Assembly (NCBI GenBank): GCA_038831915.1
Contig: JAWBKB010000014.1
Location: 1 to 24,000, forward strand
DNA: 24,000 nucleotides
From: Candidatus Caldarchaeum sp.
GTDB lineage: Archaea; Thermoproteota; Nitrososphaeria_A; Caldarchaeales; Caldarchaeaceae
Direction: 5' to 3'
Part shown: one piece after another, positions 14,743 through 23,983 of the stretch
Numbering within the stretch: the stretch's first letter is position 1
Layout of the letters: the number at the start of each line of letters is the position of its first letter
Notes under the pieces: model-generated
Databases searched by the model: none
The model's input: only the letters and a program-made list of their open reading frames with translations
What the model was told of the DNA's origin: nothing
Position numbers and translations under genes: made by a program

Positions 14743-15075
14743 AAACAGGTTGTTCAGCTCCTGAGCAGCGAAAACATCGCCCTTAATCTTTATCCTGCCT
14801 GAGAAAAACGCTTTGACGGCGTCAAGCTCGCCTCTCAAAATGCCGAGGAGGTCTTGATGTGTTGATTCAACTGTTGCTGACGGGCTTGGATGAAGCCCTT
14901 CCGTAACGGTCAAGCCTGCAGCGGTTGAATGAATGTAGAAAGATTTTCCATCCGACGGCTTGAACTGAACAACTTTGGTCCACGACGCCGCCTTCTTCGA
15001 AACATCGGGATGTGTTTTCGCCGCCTCCACAAGCCTCTGTGCCTGCATAAACGCTTCTTCGCCAGACATCACCAA
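14722..15075 (-). CDS. SCP2 sterol-carrier-like domain protein
   Basis: 117 aa. The C-terminal LLGILRGELDAVKAFFSGRIKIKGDVFAAQELNNLF is a typical SCP2 signature. The 3' end overlaps bcp by 21 nt (convergent genes). Confidence 0.75.
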   Translation of the reverse strand: MVMSGEEAFMQAQRLVEAAKTHPDVSKKAASWTKVVQFKPSDGKSFYIHSTAAGLTVTEGLHPSPSATVESTHQDLLGILRGELDAVKAFFSGRIKIKGDVFAAQELNNLFSALLKG

Positions 15076-15184
15076 AAAGTCTGTAAGACGTCATATAAGC
15101 TTGTCGGCACAACGTAGCACAATCCCTGACCAAACACAAAATCATGCAAAATAGACATAATAGAGAAAAAACAAATGCTATGGT

Positions 15185-15790
15185 GTGGCATTAGGTCGGA
15201 GAGGCAGAGGATTTTTCGAAAAAGCCGCGGCACCCGTGGTAAATGGTTTGGCGAAAACAGGAATTTCGCCGAATTCGCTGACGGTGCTTGGGTTACTGCT
15301 GACAGGAACTTCTCTTCCCTGTTACTGGCTGGCCCGTGAAACACCTGTCTCCTTTGTTTTGGCGGCGCTGGCTCTGGCGTTGGGAGGTTTGTTGGATGGG
15401 TTGGATGGATTGGTCGCGAGAACTTTGGGAAAGCAAACCGCGTTCGGTGCTTTCCTCGACTCATTCACTGACCGCATTAGCGACAGCCTTGTCGCTGCAG
15501 GGTTCATGCTGTCCGGCGCCGTCGACCCCTATCTCGCTTTAACCATGCTCACGGCGATGATGTTGGTTAGCTATGCTAGGGCTCGCGCAGAATCCCTCAA
15601 CGTCGAGCTGAAAAACGTAGGTATCGGAGAAAGAGCCGTAAGAATCATAGCGGCGATTCTCGGAACACTTCTCGCCTTCATCTCGTCATCGATACTCTTC
15701 TACACAGGTCTTTTCATCACCGCGGTTTCCACAGTCACCGTCGCGCAGCGTTTCATCGCAGTTTCCTCGGCTCTTTCAGGAAAGAGGTGA
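15185..15790 (+). CDS. CDP-alcohol phosphatidyltransferase (archaeal polar-lipid head-group synthase; substrate not determinable)
   Basis: The full motif D-x2-D-G-x2-A-R-x8-G-x3-D-x3-D is present as DGLDGLVARTLGKQTAFGAFLDSFTD. The protein has multiple TM helices and a GTG start. Confidence 0.85.
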   Translation: MALGRRGRGFFEKAAAPVVNGLAKTGISPNSLTVLGLLLTGTSLPCYWLARETPVSFVLAALALALGGLLDGLDGLVARTLGKQTAFGAFLDSFTDRISDSLVAAGFMLSGAVDPYLALTMLTAMMLVSYARARAESLNVELKNVGIGERAVRIIAAILGTLLAFISSSILFYTGLFITAVSTVTVAQRFIAVSSALSGKR

Positions 15791-15801
15791 AGAATTTTCC
15801 G

Positions 15802-16269
15802 ATGGAATACATCGTGATGAAACCCGTGGGGTTTGTCCGCGTCGGAATGCCGGTCGACAAATCAGTCGAATGGGATAGGTGGAAAAATGTTTCAGAAATC
15901 GAAATACTTCCTGAATACCGTGAAGGGTTGACGGGTCTCTCAGATTACAGCCATGTGTTTGTGTTGTTTTTTCTTCATCTTGAGAAATGCTGCGAACTTT
16001 TGGTAAGGCCTCGCCACAGACCGGACATGCCTGTTGTCGGCATTTTTTCGACACGTTCTCCCACGAGGCCCAACCCGATAGGACTCGCCGTCTGCCAAAT
16101 CACGGAAATCACGCAGCAGGGCCTTAAAGTGCTTGGACTTGACGCGTACAGCGGAACACCAGTCCTCGACATCAAACCATACGACTACTACGACGTCTTC
16201 ACCGAAATCAAGGTGCCTGAATGGTTCAAACAGCTTTGGCGAGAATCCAAACACCGTTCAGAACCCTAA
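15802..16269 (+). CDS. TsaA/YaeB (TrmO-like) SAM-dependent methyltransferase family protein
   Basis: VGFVRVGM..., YSHVFVLFFLH, FSTRSPTRPNPIGLAVCQI and GTPVLDIKPY match the UPF0066/TrmO pattern. The start is the ATG at 15802. An alternative GTG at 15787 overlaps the upstream gene by 4 nt. Confidence 0.8.
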   Translation: MEYIVMKPVGFVRVGMPVDKSVEWDRWKNVSEIEILPEYREGLTGLSDYSHVFVLFFLHLEKCCELLVRPRHRPDMPVVGIFSTRSPTRPNPIGLAVCQITEITQQGLKVLGLDAYSGTPVLDIKPYDYYDVFTEIKVPEWFKQLWRESKHRSEP

Positions 16270-16353
16270 CATATTTGGTGTTCCATCCGAAAATGATGCA
16301 GAAACCAGTTCACAGTTAATAGCGGCACATGCATAATATTGTTTGAAGGCCTC

Positions 16354-17928
16354 ATGTTGGCAGCTGAGAACGTAAACCTTCTCATGCCCATAAGCGCCTT
16401 CGGTATCTATCTACACGCCGTTTTCGTCAGCTTCACGCTTGGACTGCCTTTCGTCATTTCTGCCTTCATCTACAAGTGGTGGAAGACCAAGGACGAAGAT
16501 TATTACCGGGCTGCACGCATCGCGACGGGTGTTCTCGGCGTCAATTTTGCGCTGGGAGCGATTACGGGAACACTTGTTGAGTTCGGGCTTGTCCAGGCTT
16601 GGCCGGGCTCGATATACGTAATCGCGACGGTTGCGTTTGTCCCACTTGCGTCGGAGCTTATCGCATTCGTCGGCGAAATTGTTTTCCTTATAGCGTTCAT
16701 CGTTACTCTACGGTGGGTGAAGCCGGTTGTCAGCATCGGGTTGATGGCTGGCTACTTTGTTTTCGCGGCTTTGTCCGGTGCGTTGATAACGATGGTGAAC
16801 AGCTGGCTCAACGTTCCATGGGGCACAGGGCCCCTCGCAGCTGTTCTCAACCCATACCTTCCCGAATACGGACCAGCCGCCTATGAAATTCCCGTTCTCG
16901 TCGCCGTGAAACTCACCCTCGTAGACACCCTGTTGACAACCGGGACGGCTTCACAGATACTTCAGAGCCCCGAAGTTGCGCAAGCCGTTGGTTTCAGTTT
17001 GAAAGACCCATTCATCGCCCTACAATCGCCCTACGCCGTCGTAAGTGTCTTCCACAACGTTACAGCCGCCATCATCATCGGTATCGCTTTCGCAGCGGCA
17101 GCGCTGGCAATCAAACATTTCAGAACAGGTGATGAAAAATTCGTCAAACTTCTCCGCAGCATCGTCCCTATGTTGCTGGTGCTTGTCTTGATTCAGCCGA
17201 CTTTGTTCGGCGACAACATGGGTAAAGCAGTGGCAACCTACATGCCGACAAAATTCGCGATGATTGAAGGAGCCTACGACACCACTGAAAACCCGTTGAT
17301 AGCTTTCTTAGCGTACGGAGACCCGTCGAAACCTATTCCAAAGTTTAACGAATTCAAGAAGAAATGCGACACACTCGGCGACACAACTGTGGAAAACGTA
17401 GCTTCACAAGTTTTACCAAGCTACAGACCAGGCCCATCCACCAACAAAAAACTCCGAGACCTTTGCATGCAGAGCCTCGCCGAAGCGGAGGTCAGAATAC
17501 CGTTGATAAACGCGAGCTATGTTGTGAAAATCGGGTCGGGTGTGATTGCGTTTGTCGCGGCTATTGCATTGGCTGCGACGGTTTACGATGTGAAAGGTCT
17601 GACGAAGGTTGCTAAAGCCCTGGAAAGACCTTTCGGGCGGAAAAAGTTTCTGTTGTTGCTGACTTTGCTGATTGTGATTGGCTCGGTTCTGCCGTCTTCG
17701 CTGGGCTGGTTTATCCGTGAAGTCGGCCGAAAGCCTTGGACGGTTTACGGGTTGTTGACGCCGAACGAGTTGGTCACACCTGTTCCTGTGAGCTTCGAAA
17801 CCATGGCTTTGTTCACGCTGGCTTTCGGCGCGATGGCTTTCGGCGGAATGTATGGGATGTATCTCGTGGCCGCGAAGCCTCTCGAATTCGTGAAACTTTT
17901 GCGTAAAGGGGCGGGTGTTGAAGAATGA
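16354..17928 (+). CDS. cydA: Cytochrome bd-type quinol oxidase subunit I
   Basis: About 524 aa and polytopic. The N-terminal FGIYLHAVFVSFTLGLP..., INFALGAITGTLVEFGLVQAWPG and GWFIREVGRKPWTVYGLL are CydA hallmarks. The ATG at 16354 is preferred over the TTG at 16339. Confidence 0.85.
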   Translation: MLAAENVNLLMPISAFGIYLHAVFVSFTLGLPFVISAFIYKWWKTKDEDYYRAARIATGVLGVNFALGAITGTLVEFGLVQAWPGSIYVIATVAFVPLASELIAFVGEIVFLIAFIVTLRWVKPVVSIGLMAGYFVFAALSGALITMVNSWLNVPWGTGPLAAVLNPYLPEYGPAAYEIPVLVAVKLTLVDTLLTTGTASQILQSPEVAQAVGFSLKDPFIALQSPYAVVSVFHNVTAAIIIGIAFAAAALAIKHFRTGDEKFVKLLRSIVPMLLVLVLIQPTLFGDNMGKAVATYMPTKFAMIEGAYDTTENPLIAFLAYGDPSKPIPKFNEFKKKCDTLGDTTVENVASQVLPSYRPGPSTNKKLRDLCMQSLAEAEVRIPLINASYVVKIGSGVIAFVAAIALAATVYDVKGLTKVAKALERPFGRKKFLLLLTLLIVIGSVLPSSLGWFIREVGRKPWTVYGLLTPNELVTPVPVSFETMALFTLAFGAMAFGGMYGMYLVAAKPLEFVKLLRKGAGVEE

Positions 17929-19058
17929 ACGAAACTGAGCTGTTCATTTTCAGTTTTCTCGGGTTTTCGGTGCTTGTTCACATCGCTTTCGTCAACATCA
18001 CGATGGGGACGGGATTCATTTCGGCGATGGGGCGTTTTCTCGCATGGCGTCGCAACGACCCCTCTCTTGAAATCATGTCTAGACGGGTCTTCAAAATCCT
18101 CATTGTCCATGAATTGTTCAGCGGTGTTTGGGGAACCATAATAACCGTGGTTTTGGCGGCTTTTCTCCCGACGCTTCTCGCCATCGTGGTCGACGTCATG
18201 TTCTACCCCATCATCATAGCTCTGACAGCCATCATAATACGCATTCCATCCATCGCCCTGTTCTGGTATACATGGGGTAAGATTAAGCCGGTCTACCACG
18301 TGGTCATCGGTTTCGTGATGGCTTTGTCAGGGTTCATGGTTCCGCTCGGCTTCCGATATATTTTCGCGGAAATCACATATCCACACGGGGTTGGCATGGC
18401 GTTGCAGGGGTTGAAGGATTTGGCCCGGCTCGAAGTATTCGCTAACCCGCTTTATCTGCCGCTGATTCTACATACGTGGGCCGGGGCTTTGTCGGTTGGT
18501 GGATTCGTCACGACCTCGTTCTTCGTGATAAGGGGAAATGTTTCGTCGAAGTTTATGTGGATTGGGCTCTGGCACGGTGTTTTGTTCCTCGCGGTCCAGC
18601 CTATTTTTGGGCTATGGTATCTTCTATCGCTTGAAAACTATGCGTCGTTGATGTATCAAAACGTTTTGGGAGCTGTCAACGCGACTCTGAATCTCTTTCC
18701 GATGTTTGTGCTGAAGCTGGCCGCGACAGCTGGCTTGGTTGGGTTGTCGGTGGCTGTGTGGCGTCGGGTTAAGCGTGGCCTGGGAGAGGCTCCACGCTAT
18801 GGCATCGCTCTCGGGCCTTTGGCTATGCTCGTAGTTTTAACCGGTGAGTTCATCAACGACGCAGGCAGATACCCCTACCTTGTTCTCACGGGACAGACCG
18901 GTCTGCCGCCCGGAATATTCTCGAACATCTACATTAACATACCTTTCCCGCTTATCTTCGCCATACTGGGTGTGCTGGTCGTCTTCCTAGGCGGCTTCAT
19001 GGTTACGGTTTACTATGGGTTGAACAAAAGGTTCCTCGTTGACCTACCCGAAGTATGA
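17925..19058 (+). CDS. Cytochrome bd oxidase second subunit; the N-terminus looks CydA-like (CydA') rather than canonical CydB
   Basis: 377 aa, polytopic, with an ATGA overlap with cydA. The N-terminus, SVLVHIAFVNITMGTGF ... LFSGVWGTIITVVL, parallels the CydA N-terminal pattern (H..FV..T.G ... F..GV.TG). Confidence 0.6.
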   Translation: MNETELFIFSFLGFSVLVHIAFVNITMGTGFISAMGRFLAWRRNDPSLEIMSRRVFKILIVHELFSGVWGTIITVVLAAFLPTLLAIVVDVMFYPIIIALTAIIIRIPSIALFWYTWGKIKPVYHVVIGFVMALSGFMVPLGFRYIFAEITYPHGVGMALQGLKDLARLEVFANPLYLPLILHTWAGALSVGGFVTTSFFVIRGNVSSKFMWIGLWHGVLFLAVQPIFGLWYLLSLENYASLMYQNVLGAVNATLNLFPMFVLKLAATAGLVGLSVAVWRRVKRGLGEAPRYGIALGPLAMLVVLTGEFINDAGRYPYLVLTGQTGLPPGIFSNIYINIPFPLIFAILGVLVVFLGGFMVTVYYGLNKRFLVDLPEV

Positions 19059-19085
19059 AAAAATTTTCCAATTTTTTTTGGGATT
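19059..19085. terminator. Bidirectional T-rich intergenic terminator between convergent genes
   Basis: AAAAAATTTTCCAATTTTTTTTGGGATTTT gives T8 on the plus strand after the bd-oxidase operon and T6 on the minus strand after the DASS gene. Confidence 0.35.
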
Positions 19086-20534
19086 TTAGTAGAGTGTTGA
19101 AAGCCACGGTATACCTATGACTAGTAGTGCGGCGATGTAGAGCAATCCGAAGACGAGTCCGAGTCGCCAGAATTCGCTGCTTTTGATATATCCGCTTCCG
19201 TAGAAGATGGGCGCCGGGCCTGTTGCGTAGGGTGAGATGACGCCCATGATGCCGTGTGTGTAGGCTAGGAGGTATGCGGCGAAGAGCGGCTGCTGGCCGA
19301 AGAACGTGATTATCGTGGCTATGATGACTGGGAAGACAGCTGTGACGTGGGCGGTGATGCTGGCGAAAGCGTAATGGATGAAGAAGTAGAAGAGCACGAT
19401 GAGGACGAGGACGAGAGTTGCGTCGAATCCGCCGATGACTTTTGTGAATTCATTTGCAGCGTATTTGACGAATCCGACTCTGGCGAGCCCGTCGGCGAGT
19501 GTTACGAGTGTTCCGAACCAGACGAGGACGTTCCACGCCGCGCTGTTGGAGATGATGTCTCGCCAGTCGAATACACGTGCGACAAGCATTATGGCTACGA
19601 CGAGTAGTGCTGTCGCTGTTGCGTCGATGAGGTCTGTTCCTAGCGTCCATAGTATGAGGGCGAGGACTACGCCTGCGAGGAAGACGATTTCTTTCGCGGT
19701 TATTCGGCCGAGTTTGGCGAGTTCTTGGCTGGCCCATTTGGGTACTTCGGGTGATGATTTGATTTCAGGCGGGTAGAGCCGGTATGTGATGAAGGGAATT
19801 GTTGCGACGAGAAGCAGTCCGACGGGTGCGAATCCGATAAACCACGGTAGCCATTCGAGGGTTATTTTCTGCTGTGCCGCGAGGCTGACAACGAGAAGGT
19901 TGGGTGCGAGGGCGGTGATGAACATGCTGCTTGTTACGCAGTTGATTGCGAAAGTGTTCCACATGATGTATGCGCCGATTTTTCTTTCGGTGCCGTCGCC
20001 TGGTCTCGACCCATACATGGGCGGTATGTTGGATATGATGGGGTAGATGGTTCCTCCTCCTCGTGCGGTGTTCGACGGCATGAATGGTGCGAGGGCGATG
20101 TCGCTGAGGCCGATGGCGTAGGCGAGTCCAAGAGTTCTTCCGCCGAGAAATCTGATGAACAGTAATGCGATGCGTTTGCCGAGCCCTGTTTTATTGTAGC
20201 CGTAGGCGAATAGGAACGCTGCGAAGATGAGCCAAACTACTGTGTTGGAGAACCCTGAAAGAGCCCATCGGATTGCGTCGCCGGGTTTGGGAAAGACGAG
20301 GCCCGAAACGGTTGCGGCTACGACGCCGATGACTCCAATGGCCGCGGCGGGTAATGGTTCGAGTATGAGGCCCGTGATGACCGCTGCGAAAAGCGCGAAA
20401 TAAAGCCACGCGTTGAGTTCAAGCCCTTGAGGCGGAGGCACCACAGCAATCGCGGCGCCGACGATTAGCGGAAGAACTGCTTTAAGAACTTTTTTTATGG
20501 ATAAATTTTTACTCACGTGAAATAAGATAAGCAC
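19086..20534 (-). CDS. DASS-family (SLC13-like) anion/dicarboxylate:cation symporter
   Basis: 482 aa and polytopic. It has the hairpin motif FMPSNTARGGG and DASS-like overall architecture. Confidence 0.75.
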   Translation of the reverse strand: MLILFHVSKNLSIKKVLKAVLPLIVGAAIAVVPPPQGLELNAWLYFALFAAVITGLILEPLPAAAIGVIGVVAATVSGLVFPKPGDAIRWALSGFSNTVVWLIFAAFLFAYGYNKTGLGKRIALLFIRFLGGRTLGLAYAIGLSDIALAPFMPSNTARGGGTIYPIISNIPPMYGSRPGDGTERKIGAYIMWNTFAINCVTSSMFITALAPNLLVVSLAAQQKITLEWLPWFIGFAPVGLLLVATIPFITYRLYPPEIKSSPEVPKWASQELAKLGRITAKEIVFLAGVVLALILWTLGTDLIDATATALLVVAIMLVARVFDWRDIISNSAAWNVLVWFGTLVTLADGLARVGFVKYAANEFTKVIGGFDATLVLVLIVLFYFFIHYAFASITAHVTAVFPVIIATIITFFGQQPLFAAYLLAYTHGIMGVISPYATGPAPIFYGSGYIKSSEFWRLGLVFGLLYIAALLVIGIPWLSTLY

Positions 20535-20833
20535 GTCAAAATAAATACATAAACTCAGGCATACGCATAATTTTGATAAGCGAACAGAATGTAAAAATCA
20601 TAATTACCGCTGACCGTGTCTGAAACATGACAGTTCGACATATCTCCGACTGATGTTTGCTGATTCTATCGGTTGTTGTGGTGTTGAATCGAAGAGGTTT
20701 TCGCGTGTTGAGAAATTTTTGGAAACTAGTCGGTGCTGAGGGCGATGTAACTCAACGAACAAATTTTTGGTTTTCCATCTGCTGGACCATTGAATGTCGA
20801 GCCGCCTGCCCACTGATTTTGACGTGCTCCATT

Positions 20834-22004
20834 CTTTCAATTCCCTCTTGCGGGATCACTTGTTTCTTTAAGGTCTGCTCATGAGCAGTCTAACGTGGAG
20901 AGTCTTTCAATTCCCTCTTGCGGGATCACCAACACTTCTACGGAATACGTGGATGCGCTTGTCGAAATTCCTTTCAATTCCCTCTTGCGGGATCACTGAA
21001 GGGAAGACAGTAGTTGCTTATGAATTTCGATATCACGACTTTCAATTCCCTCTTGCGGGATCACATTTCAACCACACGTTTACATAAGTCATGCCATTCT
21101 CTGCTTTCAATTCCCTCTTGCGGGATCACTGGAATGTTCTTCACAAGCGACGGTATGTCAAAACTGTCCTTTCAATTCCCTCTTGCGGGATCACTCGACA
21201 ATTGAATCAGTTATCGCTTTACCCCCTACTCGAACCCTTTCAATTCCCTCTTGCGGGATCACCAGCCCAACTTACGGCAATCTTGATTGTTTGTCCGCTA
21301 AGACTTTCAATTCCCTCTTGCGGGATCACATGATAGCGTATAGGTGTTTGGAGTGTGACGCTGTGGTTAGTCTTTCAATTCCCTCTTGCGGGATCACTTT
21401 GAACTTGGATTTGTTCATTCATTTTTTCCCTTTCACCTCCTTTCAATTCCCTCTTGCGGGATCACGGAATGCAGAAGGTTCACATAATAGTTTTAGGTGA
21501 TTGAAAATGGCTTTCAATTCCCTCTTGCGGGATCACGTGTGGCTGAAGGGTCTTGGCGTTTTGAGCGTGGTGAGTATCTTTCAATTCCCTCTTGCGGGAT
21601 CACTGGTTCTACGTCTTCTGGCTGGGTCATATGCTATGAGTTGACTTTCAATTCCCTCTTGCGGGATCACTTTTCAACCACTCAGCATCCTCGCGCATTA
21701 TCTTCGCCGCCTTTCAATTCCCTCTTGCGGGATCACAATTCACGTTAAACGACCTATGAGCCGGCGACCCATAGTACTTTCAATTCCCTCTTGCGGGATC
21801 ACTTGTGGATGGAAAGGTTTGGGCATATGCTGGCGAGGATGAAAGCTTTCAATTCCCTCTTGCGGGATCACTGAGGGTTCACGTCTTCCCTGAGATTGTT
21901 GAGGGCAGACCTTTCAATTCCCTCTTGCGGGATCACGCAGAGTCATCAACGTATGCATTCGCCCAAGTTTCCACCGAACTTTCAATTCCCTCTTGCGGGA
22001 TCAC
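20834..22004 (-). CRISPR. CRISPR array, 18 identical 26-nt repeats and 17 spacers (39-45 nt)
   Basis: The plus-strand repeat is CTTTCAATTCCCTCTTGCGGGATCAC. Its reverse complement, GTGATCCCGCAAGAGGGAATTGAAAG, ends in ATTGAAAG, the conserved source of the 8-nt crRNA 5' handle, so minus-strand transcription is inferred. I checked all 18 repeats by eye and they are identical. Confidence 0.97.
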
Positions 22005-22110
22005 TGTGTGTTTTTCTTGGGTTTTTTGGGGTTTTATGCCGTTTTGGAGTTACTTGTTTTCAGGCGTAAAATGTTTTACGGTTCTATTTAAGGATATGCC
22101 ACCACCTTTC
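22005..22110 (-). promoter_or_regulatory. Candidate CRISPR leader/promoter, overlapping the 3' end of cas4
   Basis: Only 45 bp separate the cas4 stop (22050) from the first repeat (22004). The minus strand has a TATA-like CTTAAATAG at about 22083-22093, inside the cas4 C-terminal tail, plus A/T-rich runs next to the repeat. Confidence 0.3.
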
Positions 22111-22712
22111 GAAAAAGATTTATACGACGAAACCAAACCGCCCCAACAAACCCTACTATACCAGCACACTACACATTTATCGAGGCTCCTTCTTCTCGGA
22201 ACCTTTTCCGAAACAACCATGTCCTTCATCGCCGCGACAGCATGATGCACAAGCCTACGCAGCGAATCATCGATGTAAACAACGTGCTTACCACCGTCTT
22301 CGCTGTAGAACAAAACACCTCTCTTCACCGGACGACGATACACGTCCTCGACGAGCATCGCGTATGCAGCCAGCTGAACCACATCTTTCAACGGCGGCCT
22401 ATTCCTTCCCAAACCTGAATGCTTAAACTCACATGGCACAAGCTCGTCATGAACAGCGTGAACGAGGGCATCCAAAACACCAGATAACCCAATCCTTAAG
22501 CTTACAAGCCTCACGTCGGTTTCGACCCTGACAACACGAATTTCACGCGGCAAATACTGAGCATGAAAACGAAGATGACGTTCCCGGCCGAGAACCATGC
22601 TATCGGTCTCCGGCTCAAAAACACGCAAAACCAAATTAATGTAAGGAATCTGCTCACAAAAATAGAAGTTCTTGACGTATCCAACAGGGAAAACCTCATC
22701 TTCCTCAGTCAA
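22050..22712 (-). CDS. cas4: Cas4 (RecB-like exonuclease with a 4-Cys cluster)
   Basis: It has an N-terminal Cys (NFYFCEQIPY), a D...E-x-K core (LDALVH...VPCEFKHS), the QLAAYAML motif and a C-terminal CVVCWYSRVC. About 30 extra residues follow the last Cys. Confidence 0.88.
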   Translation of the reverse strand: MTEEDEVFPVGYVKNFYFCEQIPYINLVLRVFEPETDSMVLGRERHLRFHAQYLPREIRVVRVETDVRLVSLRIGLSGVLDALVHAVHDELVPCEFKHSGLGRNRPPLKDVVQLAAYAMLVEDVYRRPVKRGVLFYSEDGGKHVVYIDDSLRRLVHHAVAAMKDMVVSEKVPRRRSLDKCVVCWYSRVCWGGLVSSYKSFSKGGGISLNRTVKHFTPENK

Positions 22713-23008
22713 ACTATGAAACCACCCGACAACTCATCTTCGGGCCCAAACTCTTTACCGATAACCACCCGCATCCTGTAGGAAGCCGGCGTCAACGGAT
22801 AAATCTGCACATTATCAGTCGAAAAATCAATAATTCTCCGGCAAACATTTTTCACGTCACTCACCAGAGCAGAATTCGAAGGTCCGATAAACGCACTCCG
22901 CTGAACACGAGTCAACCCAAGCCTCTTCAAAGCAGACGCCAACTCATTCCGCCGCCAATCATCCGAAACATCATAGATAACCAAAATAAAAGTCGGCTGA
23001 GTCGACAA
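22709..23008 (-). CDS. cas2: Cas2
   Basis: 99 aa. FILVIYDVSDDWRRNELASALKRLGLTRVQRSAF is the typical Cas2 ferredoxin-fold N-terminus with the catalytic Asp. It overlaps cas4 by 4 nt. Confidence 0.9.
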   Translation of the reverse strand: MSTQPTFILVIYDVSDDWRRNELASALKRLGLTRVQRSAFIGPSNSALVSDVKNVCRRIIDFSTDNVQIYPLTPASYRMRVVIGKEFGPEDELSGGFIV

Positions 23009-23011
23009 AAT

Positions 23012-23983
23012 TCACCACTTCATCCGAAAACCAATATATTTCTCAACTTCACCGCGTAGAAAAGAAGCAAGACGACGCGCCTGCTCCACGACAGCTCTTT
23101 CAAAAAATCCATCGTTACGCTGGAAAACCTTAACCACAGACGACACGACATTCCTCTCCAACATTTTCTCATCGAGCAAAGCCTGAACATTTTCAAGCGC
23201 CAGCGAAATCAAAGGCCTATCAACCACACCCGGACGAAACTCCTCCATCAAATCACTCACCAAACACATGTGCCTCCCACGCGGCTGATGCAGAAACCCG
23301 ATGAAAGGGTCGAGGTTAGCCGACAAAACAGCCGACCAAACCCGCGCCCTCAAAACACCGTACCCGACGTTCAAAGCCTTGTTGAAAGCGTCCGACGGGC
23401 TCCAAGCGGTTCTACCGCTGAACTGTAGTTCATCAGGCAACAATAACCCAACAGCTTTCCAATAATGGACAGCGCCCTGAGCTTCATACGCTCGAACACT
23501 ATCCAACGAAGAAGCATCCGCCACCGATTTTATACAACCATCTATCTTCCCCGAAAGCTCTTCCAGCTCTCGGCCCAACTCCTTCCGCTTCAACAAAAAC
23601 TCTCGAGCACGCTGATTGATCACGAGACGCTGGTTGTGAAGCTTCGAAGAAACAATTTCCTTCGCCACCGCGATTCCCCTACCGTCTCTCACCGCTTCAA
23701 GCTGAGCCAGCTTAGTCACCACGCCGCCACCCTTCAAGGCCTGAACAACTTTAGCCAAAGGCTTACCACGGTGATAAACAGTGACCTCAATACCGAATCG
23801 CGACGCCAGCCTGAGAGCATCCGCTGAAACACCAACACCGCGACACCTAATCGAAATATGCGACAAGTTAACAGGCGGTGTCTCAAACTTTGACCCATCA
23901 CGCGACCTGACATAAAACAATCCTTTACGAACACCGAGATACGTGCCCGGCTTGTCTATGACCAGTTCAGCCAAACCTTTCAC
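23012..23983 (-). CDS. cas1: Cas1 integrase
   Basis: 323 aa. It has AYEAQGAVHYWKA, NVGYGVLRARVWSAVLSANLDPFIGFLHQPRGRHMCLVSDLMEEFRP (the conserved Cas1 catalytic region) and a GTG start. Confidence 0.93.
   Translation of the reverse strand: MKGLAELVIDKPGTYLGVRKGLFYVRSRDGSKFETPPVNLSHISIRCRGVGVSADALRLASRFGIEVTVYHRGKPLAKVVQALKGGGVVTKLAQLEAVRDGRGIAVAKEIVSSKLHNQRLVINQRAREFLLKRKELGRELEELSGKIDGCIKSVADASSLDSVRAYEAQGAVHYWKAVGLLLPDELQFSGRTAWSPSDAFNKALNVGYGVLRARVWSAVLSANLDPFIGFLHQPRGRHMCLVSDLMEEFRPGVVDRPLISLALENVQALLDEKMLERNVVSSVVKVFQRNDGFFERAVVEQARRLASFLRGEVEKYIGFRMKW

Noticed and set aside
19347-20409. Multiple ORFs on both strands inside the DASS transporter gene (for example 19399-19776 plus strand, 19450-19737 minus strand, 20191-20409 minus strand)
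   Set aside because: They are out-of-frame or antisense to a continuous 482-aa polytopic transporter with family motifs. Their translations are Arg/Thr/Pro-rich low-complexity sequence.
20657-22245. Chain of plus-strand ORFs across the main array (20657-20884, 20881-21087, 21014-21205, 21091-21333, 21183-21500, 21497-21748, 21805-22245)
   Set aside because: Each contains the periodic peptides FQFPLAGS, SIPSCGIT or FNSLLRDH, which are the three reading frames of the CRISPR repeat. They are artefacts of repeat periodicity.
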